From assembly GCA_963782055.1 (NCBI GenBank), contig CAWAIF010000003.1:2400001-2464000 (forward strand): a stretch of 64,000 nt of DNA. The letters are read 5' to 3'. This DNA is from an uncultured delta proteobacterium (lineage in GTDB: Bacteria > Myxococcota_A > Polyangia > Polyangiales > Polyangiaceae). Of the stretch, positions 41,301 to 50,791 are shown one piece after another. Positions within the stretch are counted from its first letter, which is position 1. Each line of letters opens with the position of its first letter. The notes beneath the pieces were generated by a model. The model was not told the DNA's origin. It made no database searches and worked only from the letters and a program-made list of their open reading frames with translations. Made by a program: the position numbers and the translations under genes.

Positions 41301-42779
41301 ATGCGGAGAGTTCTTCTGATGGGATCGATCCTGCTCGTGTCCTGCGCGGGCTGGGGGGACGTCTGTGATCAGGGCGCGTGCGACGGGGGCACGGATGGGG
41401 GGACGGACGGCGGGGGAGACGTGACGGTGGACGCGCCCGCGGACGCGCCGCCGGGGTGCGATCCGAAGGTGCAGAACTGCATCGACGACGCGAAGGGCAT
41501 CTTCGTGGACAGCGCGGGCAGCGACGCGGCGACGGGGACGCGGGGCGCGCCCGTGGCGACGATCGGCAAGGCGCTGGAGCTGGCGAAGGCGCAGTCGAGG
41601 CCGGACGTGTACGTGTGCGCGGGCAGCTATCCGGAGCAGGTGGACATCGGGAGCCCGGTGGCGCTGCTGGGCGGCTTCGCGTGCGGCGACTGGACGTACG
41701 ATCCCAAGAACGACGCGACGGTCGGGCCGCCGAGCGGCCTGGCGCTGCACGTGCATGGCACGAGCGCGCAGGTGAGCGATCTGAAGATGGTCTCTGCGGA
41801 CGGCACGAAACCCGGCGAGTCGAGCGTGGCGGTGCTGGTGGAGTCGAGCACGGTGAGCTTGCTGCGCGCGAGCCTGACGGCGGGCAAGGGCGTGGCGGGC
41901 GCGGCAGGGAAGGCGGGGAGCAACTACACGGCGGTGGCGCAGACCGATCCGAGCATCAAGGGCAAGGACGCGACCGGCACGACGGGCGGAGGTCTGCACG
42001 CGTGCACGCTGTGCACCGACGGCAAGAACTCCGCGGGTGGTTCCGGAGGCACGGGGGGCGCAGCACCCGGCGACGGCACTGACGGCACCCCCAACCTGGG
42101 CGGCACCTTCCCGACGGACGGCAAGGGCGGCGCGAAGGATACGGGCCTGAGCTGCAAGAACGGCGACAAGGGCGCGAGCGGCGGGACGGGCCCCGCCGCC
42201 CCTGCGGGCACGGCGCTCGGCACGCTGGACGCGAGCGGCTGGACGCCCGCGTCGGGCGCGGCGGGCACCAACGGCGGCGTGGCGCAAGGCGGCGGTGGAG
42301 GCGGCGGAGGCATCGACGGCACCAACACGACCGGCGGCGGCGGCGGAGGCGGCTGTGGCGGTTGCGGAGGAGGTGCGGGTGGAGGCGGCATGGGCGGCGG
42401 AGCGAGCGTGGCGCTGGCGGTGGTCTCGTCGACGGTGACGCTGACGTCCAGCGAGCTGCACGCGACGGCGGCCGGCGCAGGCGGCGCAGGCGCCGCGGGC
42501 CAGGGCGGGCAGGCCGGTGGCTTCAGCGGGCAGAACAGCAATCCTGGATGTTCGGGCGGCACCGGCGGCACGGGCGGCACCGGCGGCGCCGGCGCGGGGG
42601 GCGCGGGCGGCCTCTCCGTCGGCGTGCTCTGGAAGGGCGCCGCGGCGCCGACGCTTGACGCATCGACGACCAGCGCCATCACCTTCGCGCAGCAGGGCGG
42701 CGCGAAGGGCACCGGCGGCGTCCCCGGCACCAACGACGGCCCGGCCGGCGTCGCGCAGGCCGTGCTGGAGGTGAAGTAG
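41301..42779 (+). CDS. Glycine-rich (PGRS-like) lipoprotein, copy A
   Basis: Lipobox LVSC; IFVD..GSD..GTRGAPVATIGKAL (DUF1565-like); GGxGG repeats. Confidence 0.85.
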   Translation: MRRVLLMGSILLVSCAGWGDVCDQGACDGGTDGGTDGGGDVTVDAPADAPPGCDPKVQNCIDDAKGIFVDSAGSDAATGTRGAPVATIGKALELAKAQSRPDVYVCAGSYPEQVDIGSPVALLGGFACGDWTYDPKNDATVGPPSGLALHVHGTSAQVSDLKMVSADGTKPGESSVAVLVESSTVSLLRASLTAGKGVAGAAGKAGSNYTAVAQTDPSIKGKDATGTTGGGLHACTLCTDGKNSAGGSGGTGGAAPGDGTDGTPNLGGTFPTDGKGGAKDTGLSCKNGDKGASGGTGPAAPAGTALGTLDASGWTPASGAAGTNGGVAQGGGGGGGGIDGTNTTGGGGGGGCGGCGGGAGGGGMGGGASVALAVVSSTVTLTSSELHATAAGAGGAGAAGQGGQAGGFSGQNSNPGCSGGTGGTGGTGGAGAGGAGGLSVGVLWKGAAAPTLDASTTSAITFAQQGGAKGTGGVPGTNDGPAGVAQAVLEVK

Positions 42780-42782
42780 CTC

Positions 42783-44267
42783 ATGCGCCGCCTCGGGGGG
42801 CTCGCCTTCGCCGTCGGGTTGGGTGTCGCCTGCGTCGCCGGCTGCGGCGACGGCTCCTCGGCGACCCTCGACGGGGGCACGGATGGGGGGACGGACGGCG
42901 GGGGAGACGTGACGGTGGACGCGCCCGCGGACGCGCCGCCGGGGTGCGATCCGAAGGTGCAGAACTGCATCGACGACGCGAAGGGCATCTTCGTGGACAG
43001 CGCGGGCAGCGACGCGGCGGCGGGGACGCGGGGCGCGCCCGTGGCGACGATCGGCAAGGCGCTGGAGCTGGCGAAGGCGCAGTCGAGGCCGGACGTGTAC
43101 GTGTGCGCGGGCAGCTATCCGGAGCAGGTGGACATCGGGAGCCCGGTGGCGCTGCTTGGCGGCTTCGCGTGCGGCGACTGGACGTACGATCCCAAGAACG
43201 ACGCGACGGTCGGGCCGCCGAGCGGCCTGGCGCTGCACGTGCACGGCACGAGCGCGCAGGTGAGCGATCTGAAGATGGTCTCTGCGGACGGGACGAAACC
43301 CGGCGAGTCGAGCGTGGCGGTGCTGGTGGAGTCGAGCACGGTGAGCTTGCTGCGCGCGAGCTTGACCGCCGGCAAGGGCGTGGCGGGCGCGGCAGGGAAG
43401 GCGGGGAGCAACTACACGGCGGTGGCGCAGACCGATCCGAGCATCAAGGGCAAGGACGCGACCGGCACGACGGGCGGAGGCCTGCACGCGTGCACGCTGT
43501 GCACCGACGGCAAGAACTCCAAGGGCGGCTCGGGCGGAACCGGTGGTGACACTCCCGGCGACGGCACCGACGGCACCCCCAACCTGGGCGGCACCTTCCC
43601 GACGGACGGCAAGGGCGGCGCGAAGGATACGGGCCTGAGCTGCAAGAACGGCGACAAGGGCGCGAGCGGCGGGACGGGCCCCGCCGCCCCGGCGGGCACG
43701 GCGCTCGGCACGCTGGACGCGACCGGCTGGACGCCCGCGTCGGGCGCGGCGGGCACCAACGGCGGCGTGGCGCAAGGCGGCGGTGGAGGCGGCGGAGGCA
43801 TCGACGGCACCAACACGACCGGCGGCGGCGGCGGAGGCGGCTGTGGCGGTTGCGGAGGAGGTGCGGGTGGAGGCGGCATGGGCGGCGGAGCGAGCGTGGC
43901 GCTGGCGGTGGTCTCGTCGACGGTGACGCTGACGTCGAGCGAGCTCCACGCGACGGCGGCCGGCGCAGGCGGCGCAGGCGCCGCGGGCCAGGGCGGGGAG
44001 CTCGGAGGAGCAAGCGGGGCGGCAGCGGCGCTAGGCTGCCTTGGCGGCACCGGCGGCACGGGTGGCACCGGCGGCGCCGGCGCGGGGGGCGCGGGCGGCC
44101 TCTCCGTCGGCGTGCTCTGGAAGGGTACCGCGGCGCCGACGCTTGATGCGTCAACGACCAGCGCCATCACCTTCGCCCAGCAGGGCGGCGCGAAGGGCAC
44201 CGGCGGCGTCCCCGGCACCAACGACGGCACGCCCGGCGTCGCGCAGGCCGTGCTGGAGGTGAAGTAG
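42783..44267 (+). CDS. Glycine-rich (PGRS-like) lipoprotein, copy B
   Basis: Lipobox VAGC; near-identical to copy A beyond the signal region. Confidence 0.85.
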   Translation: MRRLGGLAFAVGLGVACVAGCGDGSSATLDGGTDGGTDGGGDVTVDAPADAPPGCDPKVQNCIDDAKGIFVDSAGSDAAAGTRGAPVATIGKALELAKAQSRPDVYVCAGSYPEQVDIGSPVALLGGFACGDWTYDPKNDATVGPPSGLALHVHGTSAQVSDLKMVSADGTKPGESSVAVLVESSTVSLLRASLTAGKGVAGAAGKAGSNYTAVAQTDPSIKGKDATGTTGGGLHACTLCTDGKNSKGGSGGTGGDTPGDGTDGTPNLGGTFPTDGKGGAKDTGLSCKNGDKGASGGTGPAAPAGTALGTLDATGWTPASGAAGTNGGVAQGGGGGGGGIDGTNTTGGGGGGGCGGCGGGAGGGGMGGGASVALAVVSSTVTLTSSELHATAAGAGGAGAAGQGGELGGASGAAAALGCLGGTGGTGGTGGAGAGGAGGLSVGVLWKGTAAPTLDASTTSAITFAQQGGAKGTGGVPGTNDGTPGVAQAVLEVK

Positions 44268-44270
44268 CTC

Positions 44271-44338
44271 ATGCGCCGCCTCGGGGGGATCGCCTTCGCC
44301 GTCGGGTTGGGTGTCGCCTGCGTCGCCGGCTGCGGCGA
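44271..44338 (+). pseudogene. Truncated third copy (signal peptide only)
   Basis: MRRLGGIAFAVGLGVACVAGCG, then homology stops abruptly. Confidence 0.75.
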
Positions 44339-44419
44339 GGGCTCTCGTACTGCTGGACGCGCTCCGGCGGCCTCGCCGCGATGTCCCGTTGCCGCTGCTC
44401 GACTGTCTGACCTACTCGA

Positions 44420-45013
44420 TCAGAGATCGCCCGGGTCGTCGCCGAGCAGGGCATCCAGCGACAGCTCGAGCTCCGCGAACGGCTCCGCGCGGACCGTCTC
44501 GCCACGCTCGGCCACGAGCGCGACCACGTAACCCTCCGGCGACCAGCGGTGGACGGTCAGCGTCCCCGCGACGGGATCCACGATCCAGTAATGCGGCACC
44601 GCGGCCCGCTGGTAGATGCGAAGCTTCCGCACCGTGTCCTCGTTGGCGTTCGACGGCGACAGGATCTCGCACACCCAGTCGGGGCGAACCCGGACCGGGA
44701 AGCCCGACGGGCGCTCCGGAACCCGGTCGCGACGCCAGGCCGCGATGTCGGGGCGCACCAGCTGATCGGCCGCGAGGACGATCTCGACCTCGGTCGCGAT
44801 CCACCAGCCGCCCGGTCCGCCGCGACCGGGCGGCCGCTGAAACGGGCCCTTGAGCGAGCTGACCACGCCGGACTGCGCGTCGCCGTGCTCGAAGCTCGGC
44901 GTGGCCTTGCGCACCAGCTCGCCGTCCAGGATCTCGTGGAAGCGCTCGGCCTCGGGGATCGCGAGCAGGTCCTCCAGGGAGAGCTTGCGGTGGGCCGGAT
45001 CCGCGGGGGACAC
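44420..45013 (-). CDS. Uma2 / DUF820 family endonuclease-fold protein
   Basis: EILDGEL, H, RPDIA, PDWVCEILSPSN, KLRIY..VPHYWIVDP. Confidence 0.93.
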   Translation of the reverse strand: MSPADPAHRKLSLEDLLAIPEAERFHEILDGELVRKATPSFEHGDAQSGVVSSLKGPFQRPPGRGGPGGWWIATEVEIVLAADQLVRPDIAAWRRDRVPERPSGFPVRVRPDWVCEILSPSNANEDTVRKLRIYQRAAVPHYWIVDPVAGTLTVHRWSPEGYVVALVAERGETVRAEPFAELELSLDALLGDDPGDL

Positions 45014-45139
45014 GCGCGGATCATGCGGGATGGATCGACGCGTGTCGAGGCGCCCGGTGCGGCCACGGCGCCCCGCGATGGCGGGCTCGCGGACGTGGTG
45101 TGGGATCTCACCTCGGTTCGGACCGGGCGATGGCGATCG

Positions 45140-45830
45140 TCAGGGCGCGTCGCGCCCGCAGCACCGCTTGAACTTCTTCCCCGAGCCGCACGGACAGGGC
45201 GCGTTCCGCCCGATCTTGGCGGGCGTGCCCGGTTCGGGCTCCGCGGCGAAGTGCGCGCCGATCTCCTTGATGGTGCCGTAGCGCAGCGCAAAGCGCGCGA
45301 GGTATCTCGGGTGCCGCTTCCGGAACGCGCTCCACAGGCGCTCGAGGCGCTCGCGGCCGCGCTTGGTCGGCTCGAGCTTCGTCGCGCCGGATCGCAGGAG
45401 CGTCAGGCCGCGCCCCGCGGCGCGGGCGTCTCGAAGTCGACGACGACCTCACCGCAAGCGCAGTCGGGCACGGGGCAGTGAAGCTCCGAGGCCTCGAAGA
45501 TCCGATCGTCGAGCACATAGAGGTCCTGGCGAAGGCCGACCATCAGGTCGTTCCACGCGATCAGGTCGCCGGTCTGCCACCCGCGGACGATCACGTTCGT
45601 CGCGTCGAGCCTGCTGCTCCGGGTCCGCGCGGCCCTTGCCGCGGTACCAGAGCCGGCCGATCGCGTCGAGCACCTCGCCGTCGATCCGTTCGACGACAGC
45701 GCGGGCGCCCGGGTTCGCCGCGAGGTCGAGCAGCTTGTCGCGCTCCGCCGCGGAGACCTCGACCGTGTCGATGTCGAGCTCGAACACCTCGACGCCCTTC
45801 GCCTTCGAGACCACCTGGGCGCGGTCGAGG
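45140..45830 (-). pseudogene. Fragmented SEC-C motif protein
   Basis: C-terminal [20 protein letters not shown]; upstream coding-like segments (incl. CPVPDCAC) in different frames; no clear start. Confidence 0.7.
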
Positions 45831-45951
45831 CCGGCGGCCCACGCCTCTCGGACGCCGCGGCGCCGGGGTCGTCACACGACCGTCACTGACCGCCCCAGAG
45901 TGACGAGTCCTTGCCTGGCGCAAAGGAAGCGTTCCACAATGGACACTGGAC

Positions 45952-47290
45952 ATGGAGCTTTCCAAGATCGCCAAACGACAGACCTGGCGGCGTGTGCTCG
46001 CGGTCGTCGCCATCCTCGGCGCGGGGGCCGTGTCCGCGTGCGGCCTCAGTGGGCTCGGCACCGAGCCCGTGGCGCAGGACGCCGGGCTCTGCACCGGTTC
46101 GCAGATCCTCTGCGGCGGCGACTGCACCGACACCGCGCGCGATCACGACAACTGCGGGGCGTGCGGGACGGCGTGCGGACCGGGCCAGCTCTGCTCGCAG
46201 GCCAAGTGCGCGACGAGTTGCGGCGGCGGCACCGTCCAGTGCGGCGACCTGTGCATCGAGACCAAGACCGACCCCGACAACTGCGGCGCGTGCGGCAAGG
46301 TCTGCCCGACGGGCACCGTCTGCCTGAGCGGCGCGTGCGCCACCCCCTGCGGCCCCGGTCAGCTCCGCTGCCTGCCCGATGGCGGCCAGCCTTACTGCGC
46401 CACCACCAGCACCGACTCGGCCAACTGCGGCGCCTGCGGCGTCGCCTGCGGCAACGGCACCGTCTGCTCCGGCGGCGCGTGCGGCACGTCCTGCGGCGGC
46501 GGCACGACCCTCTGCACGCCGGACGGCGGCGCCCCCTACTGCGCCGACACCAAGACCGACTCGGCGAACTGCGGCGGGTGCTTCAAGCCCTGTCCCGCCC
46601 AGCAGAATCTGCTCGAGCAGCAAGTGCACCAGCGCCTGCGGCCAGGGCCAGACCTACTGCCCGAACGGCGGCAACCCGTACTGCGCGGACACCAAGACGG
46701 ACAACGCCAACTGCGGCACCTGCGGGAAGACGTGCGGCAACCTCCAGGCGTGCGTGAACAGCGCGTGCAGCAACCAGTGCGGCCAGGGGCAGACCTTCTG
46801 CCCGAACGGCGGCAACCCCTACTGCGCGGACACCAAGACGGACAACGCCAACTGCGGCATCTGCGGGAAGACGTGCGGCAAGCTGGAGGCGTGCGTCAAT
46901 GGCACCTGCACCACCCAGTGCGGCCAGGGCCAGATGCTCTGCCCCAACAACGGCAACCCCTACTGCGCCACCACCGACACCGACAACGCCAACTGCGGCG
47001 CGTGCGGCACGGTGTGCACCTCGCCGCTCGTCTGCTCCGGCGGGACGTGCCAGAACAACTGCGTCCAGGGTCAGATGTACTGCGAGCCGGACGGCGGCAC
47101 CCCCTACTGCGCCAACACCACCTCCGACAACGACAACTGCGGGAGCTGCGGCGCCGCGTGCGGGAGCGGCACCCCGACGTGCTGCTCCAGCGCGTGCGTG
47201 GACGTGCAGACCGACGCGAACAACTGCGGCTTCTGCGGGAACAAGTGCGGCGGCGGCACCCCGCTGTGCGTGGCCGGTCTGTGCACGTAG
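45952..47290 (+). CDS. Cys-rich repeat lipoprotein (D..NCGxCG repeats); +1 frameshift near 46606
   Basis: Lipobox VSAC; nine DxxNCGxC repeats continuing across the frame change; removing one A from CAGAATCTGC restores the frame. Confidence 0.85.
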
Positions 47291-47314
47291 CTGCGCCGCG
47301 GGTATCCTGACCTC

Positions 47315-47905
47315 ATGTCCGTGCCGGCCCGGAAGCTCGCGACGGTCGCCGACCTTCTGGCGATCCCCGCGGACGAGCGCTTTCACGAGCTCGTCGACGG
47401 GGAGCTCGTCCGCAAGGCGATGCCGTCGCCGAAGCACGGCGGGGCGCAGGCCTCCCTCGCGGCGATCCTCTTCCGGGCGTACAACCGGCGTCCGGGCGGG
47501 AGATGGCCCGGCGGGTGGTGGTTCGCCACCGAGGTCGAGGTCCAGCTCTCCGAGCACGATCTCTTCCGTCCCGATGTCGCCGGCTGGAGGCGGGAGCGCC
47601 TTCCGGAGCTGCCCGACCAGCTGCCCATCCTCACGCTCCCGGACTGGGTCTGCGAGATCCTGAGCCCATCCAACACGCGCCAGGATCTCGTCAAGAAGTT
47701 CCGCGCCTACCATCGCTGCCGTGTCCCGCACTACTGGACCGTCGACCCCGCGAACGAGATCCTCACGGTGCACCGCTGGTCGGCGGATGGGTATCTCACC
47801 GTGCTCACCGCCGAGCGAGGCGAGCGCGTGCGAGCCGAGCCGTTCGAGGCGGTGGAGTGGTCGGTGGGTTCCCTGTTCGGTGACGACCCGGACGACGAAC
47901 CCTGA
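47315..47905 (+). CDS. Uma2 / DUF820 family endonuclease-fold protein (paralogue)
   Basis: ELVDGEL, RPDVAGW, PDWVCEILSPSN, VPHYWTVDP. Confidence 0.93.
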   Translation: MSVPARKLATVADLLAIPADERFHELVDGELVRKAMPSPKHGGAQASLAAILFRAYNRRPGGRWPGGWWFATEVEVQLSEHDLFRPDVAGWRRERLPELPDQLPILTLPDWVCEILSPSNTRQDLVKKFRAYHRCRVPHYWTVDPANEILTVHRWSADGYLTVLTAERGERVRAEPFEAVEWSVGSLFGDDPDDEP

Positions 47906-48094
47906 GACGCCAGGGGCCCGGGGCCGCCCGCCTCGGCCGGGCCATCTCCCCCGGGCTTCGGCTTCTCCCCGACATGTGCTAATCCCTCGCCCCGAAGGAC
48001 AATGCATCGCCTTCCCTCGGCCTGCGGCCTCGGTCGTCGTCGTTCGTCGGCCGAGCCTCCGGCTCGGACTCGAATTCTCGCCAGGAGAGACGGA

Positions 48095-49576
48095 ATGAGA
48101 CTGCTTCACCGCTTCCTCGCCGCGGTCGCCGTGGCCGGGCTCATGATGGGTTGCGTCGGCGGGTCCAAGGGCCTGAGCGCCGAGGACAAGGCCCGCCTCA
48201 AGCCGTACATCCTGGACGCCGCGCCCGCGAGCATCCCCCACAAGCTCGACATCAACTACGAGAACAAGCTCCACATCATCGGCTACAAGGTCGACCCGGA
48301 GGTCGCCCGCCCCGGCACCGAGGTCAAGCTCACCTACTACTGGCGCTGCGACGACACCCTCGACGACGGCTGGGCGCTCTTCACCCACGTCCACGACGAC
48401 GTGGCGGACAAGAGCGACAACCTGGACAACATCGGCCCCCTGCGCGAGCGCAAGGACGACAAGCCGGTCCTCGGCCCCTCCCGCTGGGAGCGCGGCAAGT
48501 TCTACGTCGACGAGCAGACCTACAAGGTCCCCGACTGGGTCAAGGGCCCGGAGCTCACCTTCATGGTCGGCGTGTGGAAGGGCAACGCCCGCCTCCACAT
48601 CGTCAGCGGCCCCAACGACGGGGACAACCGCGGCATCGTCGTCAAGCTCAAGACAGGGCTGCAGCCCCCCGCGCCGCCGAAGCCGATGCACACCGAGATC
48701 CCGGAGGTGACCGTCGGCAAGCTCGCGGCGAACGACAAGATCACCATCGACGGCAAGGCGGACGAGAAGGCGTGGGGGGGTGCGCCGGTCCTCGGCCCTT
48801 TCGTTGATGTGGGGACCGGTGGCCCGGCCACCGCGCTCCCCGTCCAGGGCAAGGTTCGCCTGCTCTGGGACGACAAGAACCTCTACGCCTTCTTCGAGGT
48901 GCGGGAGAACCACGTCGTCGGCGGCTTCGACGCGAAGAACAAGAAGACGGACTACACCGTCGCGGGACAGCCCAAGCTCTGGACGAAGGACACCGTCGAG
49001 ATGATGGCGGACCCCGACGGCGACGGCGACAACAAGGACTACTACGAGCTGCAGATCAGCCCGCAGAACAAGGTCTTCCACTCGCAGTACGACGACTACA
49101 ACAAGCCCAAGACGGAGCCCAACGGCCCCTTCGGCCACGAGGACTGGAACCCCCACCTCAAGAGCGCGGTCGTCGTCCACGGCAAGATCGACAACGCGGG
49201 CGACGCGGGCCCCGACTCCGCCACCACCGGCTACGACGTCGAGGTCGCCATCCCCTGGGCCGCCTACAGCAAGGCGAAGAACCATCCGCCCAAGGAGGGG
49301 GACACCTGGCGGATGAACTTCTACGCCATGAAGAACAACGGCGGCTCCGGCTGGTCGGCGCTCCTCGGCCAGGGCAACTTCCACAAGGCCGCGCGCTTCG
49401 GGAAGGTCCACTGGGGCACCAGCGGGGCCTCGGCGGTCAGCACCGCCACGGGCGGCCACATCACCGACGGGGGCATCCCCGGCGTGCCCCACCCCCACCC
49501 GGGCGTGCACCTCCTCTTCGACGGCGGCCCCCGCATGCACGTCGCCACCCCGATCCCGGGCGCGCTGCGGCCCTGA
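48095..49576 (+). CDS. Lipoprotein with CBM9-like (DOMON/DUF1083) sugar-binding domain
   Basis: Lipobox MMGC; ITIDGKADEKAW, LLWDDKNLY, DTVE..DPDGD, YYELQISP, EVAIPW, WRMNFY. Confidence 0.85.
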   Translation: MRLLHRFLAAVAVAGLMMGCVGGSKGLSAEDKARLKPYILDAAPASIPHKLDINYENKLHIIGYKVDPEVARPGTEVKLTYYWRCDDTLDDGWALFTHVHDDVADKSDNLDNIGPLRERKDDKPVLGPSRWERGKFYVDEQTYKVPDWVKGPELTFMVGVWKGNARLHIVSGPNDGDNRGIVVKLKTGLQPPAPPKPMHTEIPEVTVGKLAANDKITIDGKADEKAWGGAPVLGPFVDVGTGGPATALPVQGKVRLLWDDKNLYAFFEVRENHVVGGFDAKNKKTDYTVAGQPKLWTKDTVEMMADPDGDGDNKDYYELQISPQNKVFHSQYDDYNKPKTEPNGPFGHEDWNPHLKSAVVVHGKIDNAGDAGPDSATTGYDVEVAIPWAAYSKAKNHPPKEGDTWRMNFYAMKNNGGSGWSALLGQGNFHKAARFGKVHWGTSGASAVSTATGGHITDGGIPGVPHPHPGVHLLFDGGPRMHVATPIPGALRP

Positions 49577-49633
49577 GGAACCCGCCTACGCCACAAATTC
49601 GCTCCCTTCCCGCCTGCGGCATACGATGGCCTC

Positions 49634-50734
49634 ATGCGAGCATCTTCATGCTGCGCCGTCGCCCTGGCGCTCGTGGCGGTATCGGCGAACGTCTGGGCGC
49701 AGCGCCCGAAGCGGCCGCCCGCGGGGAAGAGGGGCGACGCCAGCGCTCCCTTCATCCTGACGCGTGAGAGCTCGCGCAGCGCCGCCGGCCAGGCGGCCCG
49801 TGTCCGCGCAGCCGCCGGTGACTGCAAGGCGGCGCTCGACCTCTTCGACGAGGCCCTCCGCCACTCCATCGACCCCACCCTCCGGCGCGACCGGGGCGAG
49901 TGTCACGAGAAGCTCGGCGACGTCTACCCCGCCATCGACGACTACCGCGCCTACCTCACCGCCTCGCCGGACGCCCCCGACGCCGACGCCATCCGCGATC
50001 GGCTGAACGCCCTGCTGGCCGACCACCCCCAGGACATCACCAAGGCGGGCGGTGGCGGCGACTACGAGAGCGAGATGCGCGGCGGCGGCGGCGCGCTCAC
50101 CGCGGAGGCGAAGCAGCACCGCGAGGAGACGAAGGAGCAGCCGGAGAACAAGAAGCTCGTCGCCCAGGACAAGGGCAAGCCCCTCACGGTCCTGGAGTCG
50201 GACGAGAAGCACGACCGCGAGGCGCGCGAGAGCGGCCTGCGCAACGGCAAGGGCTTCATCATCGGCGCGTACCTCTACCCGCGCTACTTCCTCAGCGACT
50301 ACAACTTCCGCTTCGGCCAGGGCGTCGGCCTCGCGCTCCGCTACGCCTTCAGCGGCTCGAGCACCGTGTACGGCGAGGTCGGCTACATGAAGCAGCTCGG
50401 CCCGGGCACCGCGTCGGCGGCGGACGGCCTCACCCTCCTCGTCGGCTACGAGGTGCGCGTCCCCCTCGACCGCTGGGCGGACAACCAGCTCTTCTTCGGC
50501 GTGGGCGGCGGCTACGAGGACTCCAAGAACGGCACCATCGGCCAGGTCTACCGGAGCGTGACGGGTCGTGCGCGAGGCGGCTACCGGCACGTGTTCGGCC
50601 CGACGGTGGCGCTGGAGTTCCTGGCGGACGGGGGGCTGGCGTACACCTTCGCGGTGGACGCCCCCGCGAACTCCACGCAGTCGTCGCTCGGGGGGATGAT
50701 CGGGGGGCAGGTCGGCCTGGTGGTGGGGTTCTGA
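49634..50734 (+). CDS. TPR protein with predicted C-terminal outer-membrane beta-barrel
   Basis: Signal peptide; TPR (RGECHEKLG..AIDDYRAYL); alternating beta strands ending in GLVVGF. Confidence 0.7.
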   Translation: MRASSCCAVALALVAVSANVWAQRPKRPPAGKRGDASAPFILTRESSRSAAGQAARVRAAAGDCKAALDLFDEALRHSIDPTLRRDRGECHEKLGDVYPAIDDYRAYLTASPDAPDADAIRDRLNALLADHPQDITKAGGGGDYESEMRGGGGALTAEAKQHREETKEQPENKKLVAQDKGKPLTVLESDEKHDREARESGLRNGKGFIIGAYLYPRYFLSDYNFRFGQGVGLALRYAFSGSSTVYGEVGYMKQLGPGTASAADGLTLLVGYEVRVPLDRWADNQLFFGVGGGYEDSKNGTIGQVYRSVTGRARGGYRHVFGPTVALEFLADGGLAYTFAVDAPANSTQSSLGGMIGGQVGLVVGF

Positions 50735-50752
50735 GAGCCGAGAACCACCCTC

Positions 50753-50786
50753 TTGAACCATGCAATGCATTGGTTTAGATTATCAT
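50753..50786 (+). promoter_or_regulatory. Sigma-70-type promoter in an AT-rich spacer
   Basis: TTGAAC-N17-TAGATT, with overlapping TATCAT 5 nt before ATG 50792. Confidence 0.55.
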
Positions 50787-50791
50787 GACAA

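Larger units (their letters stand above)
41381..44338 (+). repeat. Tandem direct duplication, period 1488 bp (41381-42850 and 42869-44338)
   Basis: Stops at 42779 and 44267 and starts at 42783 and 44271 are each 1488 bp apart. Confidence 0.93.

Noticed and set aside
41301..44338. Diversity-generating retroelement behind the variable patches
   Set aside because: No reverse transcriptase in the window and the differences are not adenine-specific
45916..45931. Sigma-54 box upstream of the Cys-rich gene (TGGCGCAAAGGAAGC)
   Set aside because: Poor -12 element and different spacing to ATG; could be chance
46560..47240. Regularly spaced DNA repeats (AACTGCGG...)
   Set aside because: Explained by the Cys-rich protein repeats of the CDS
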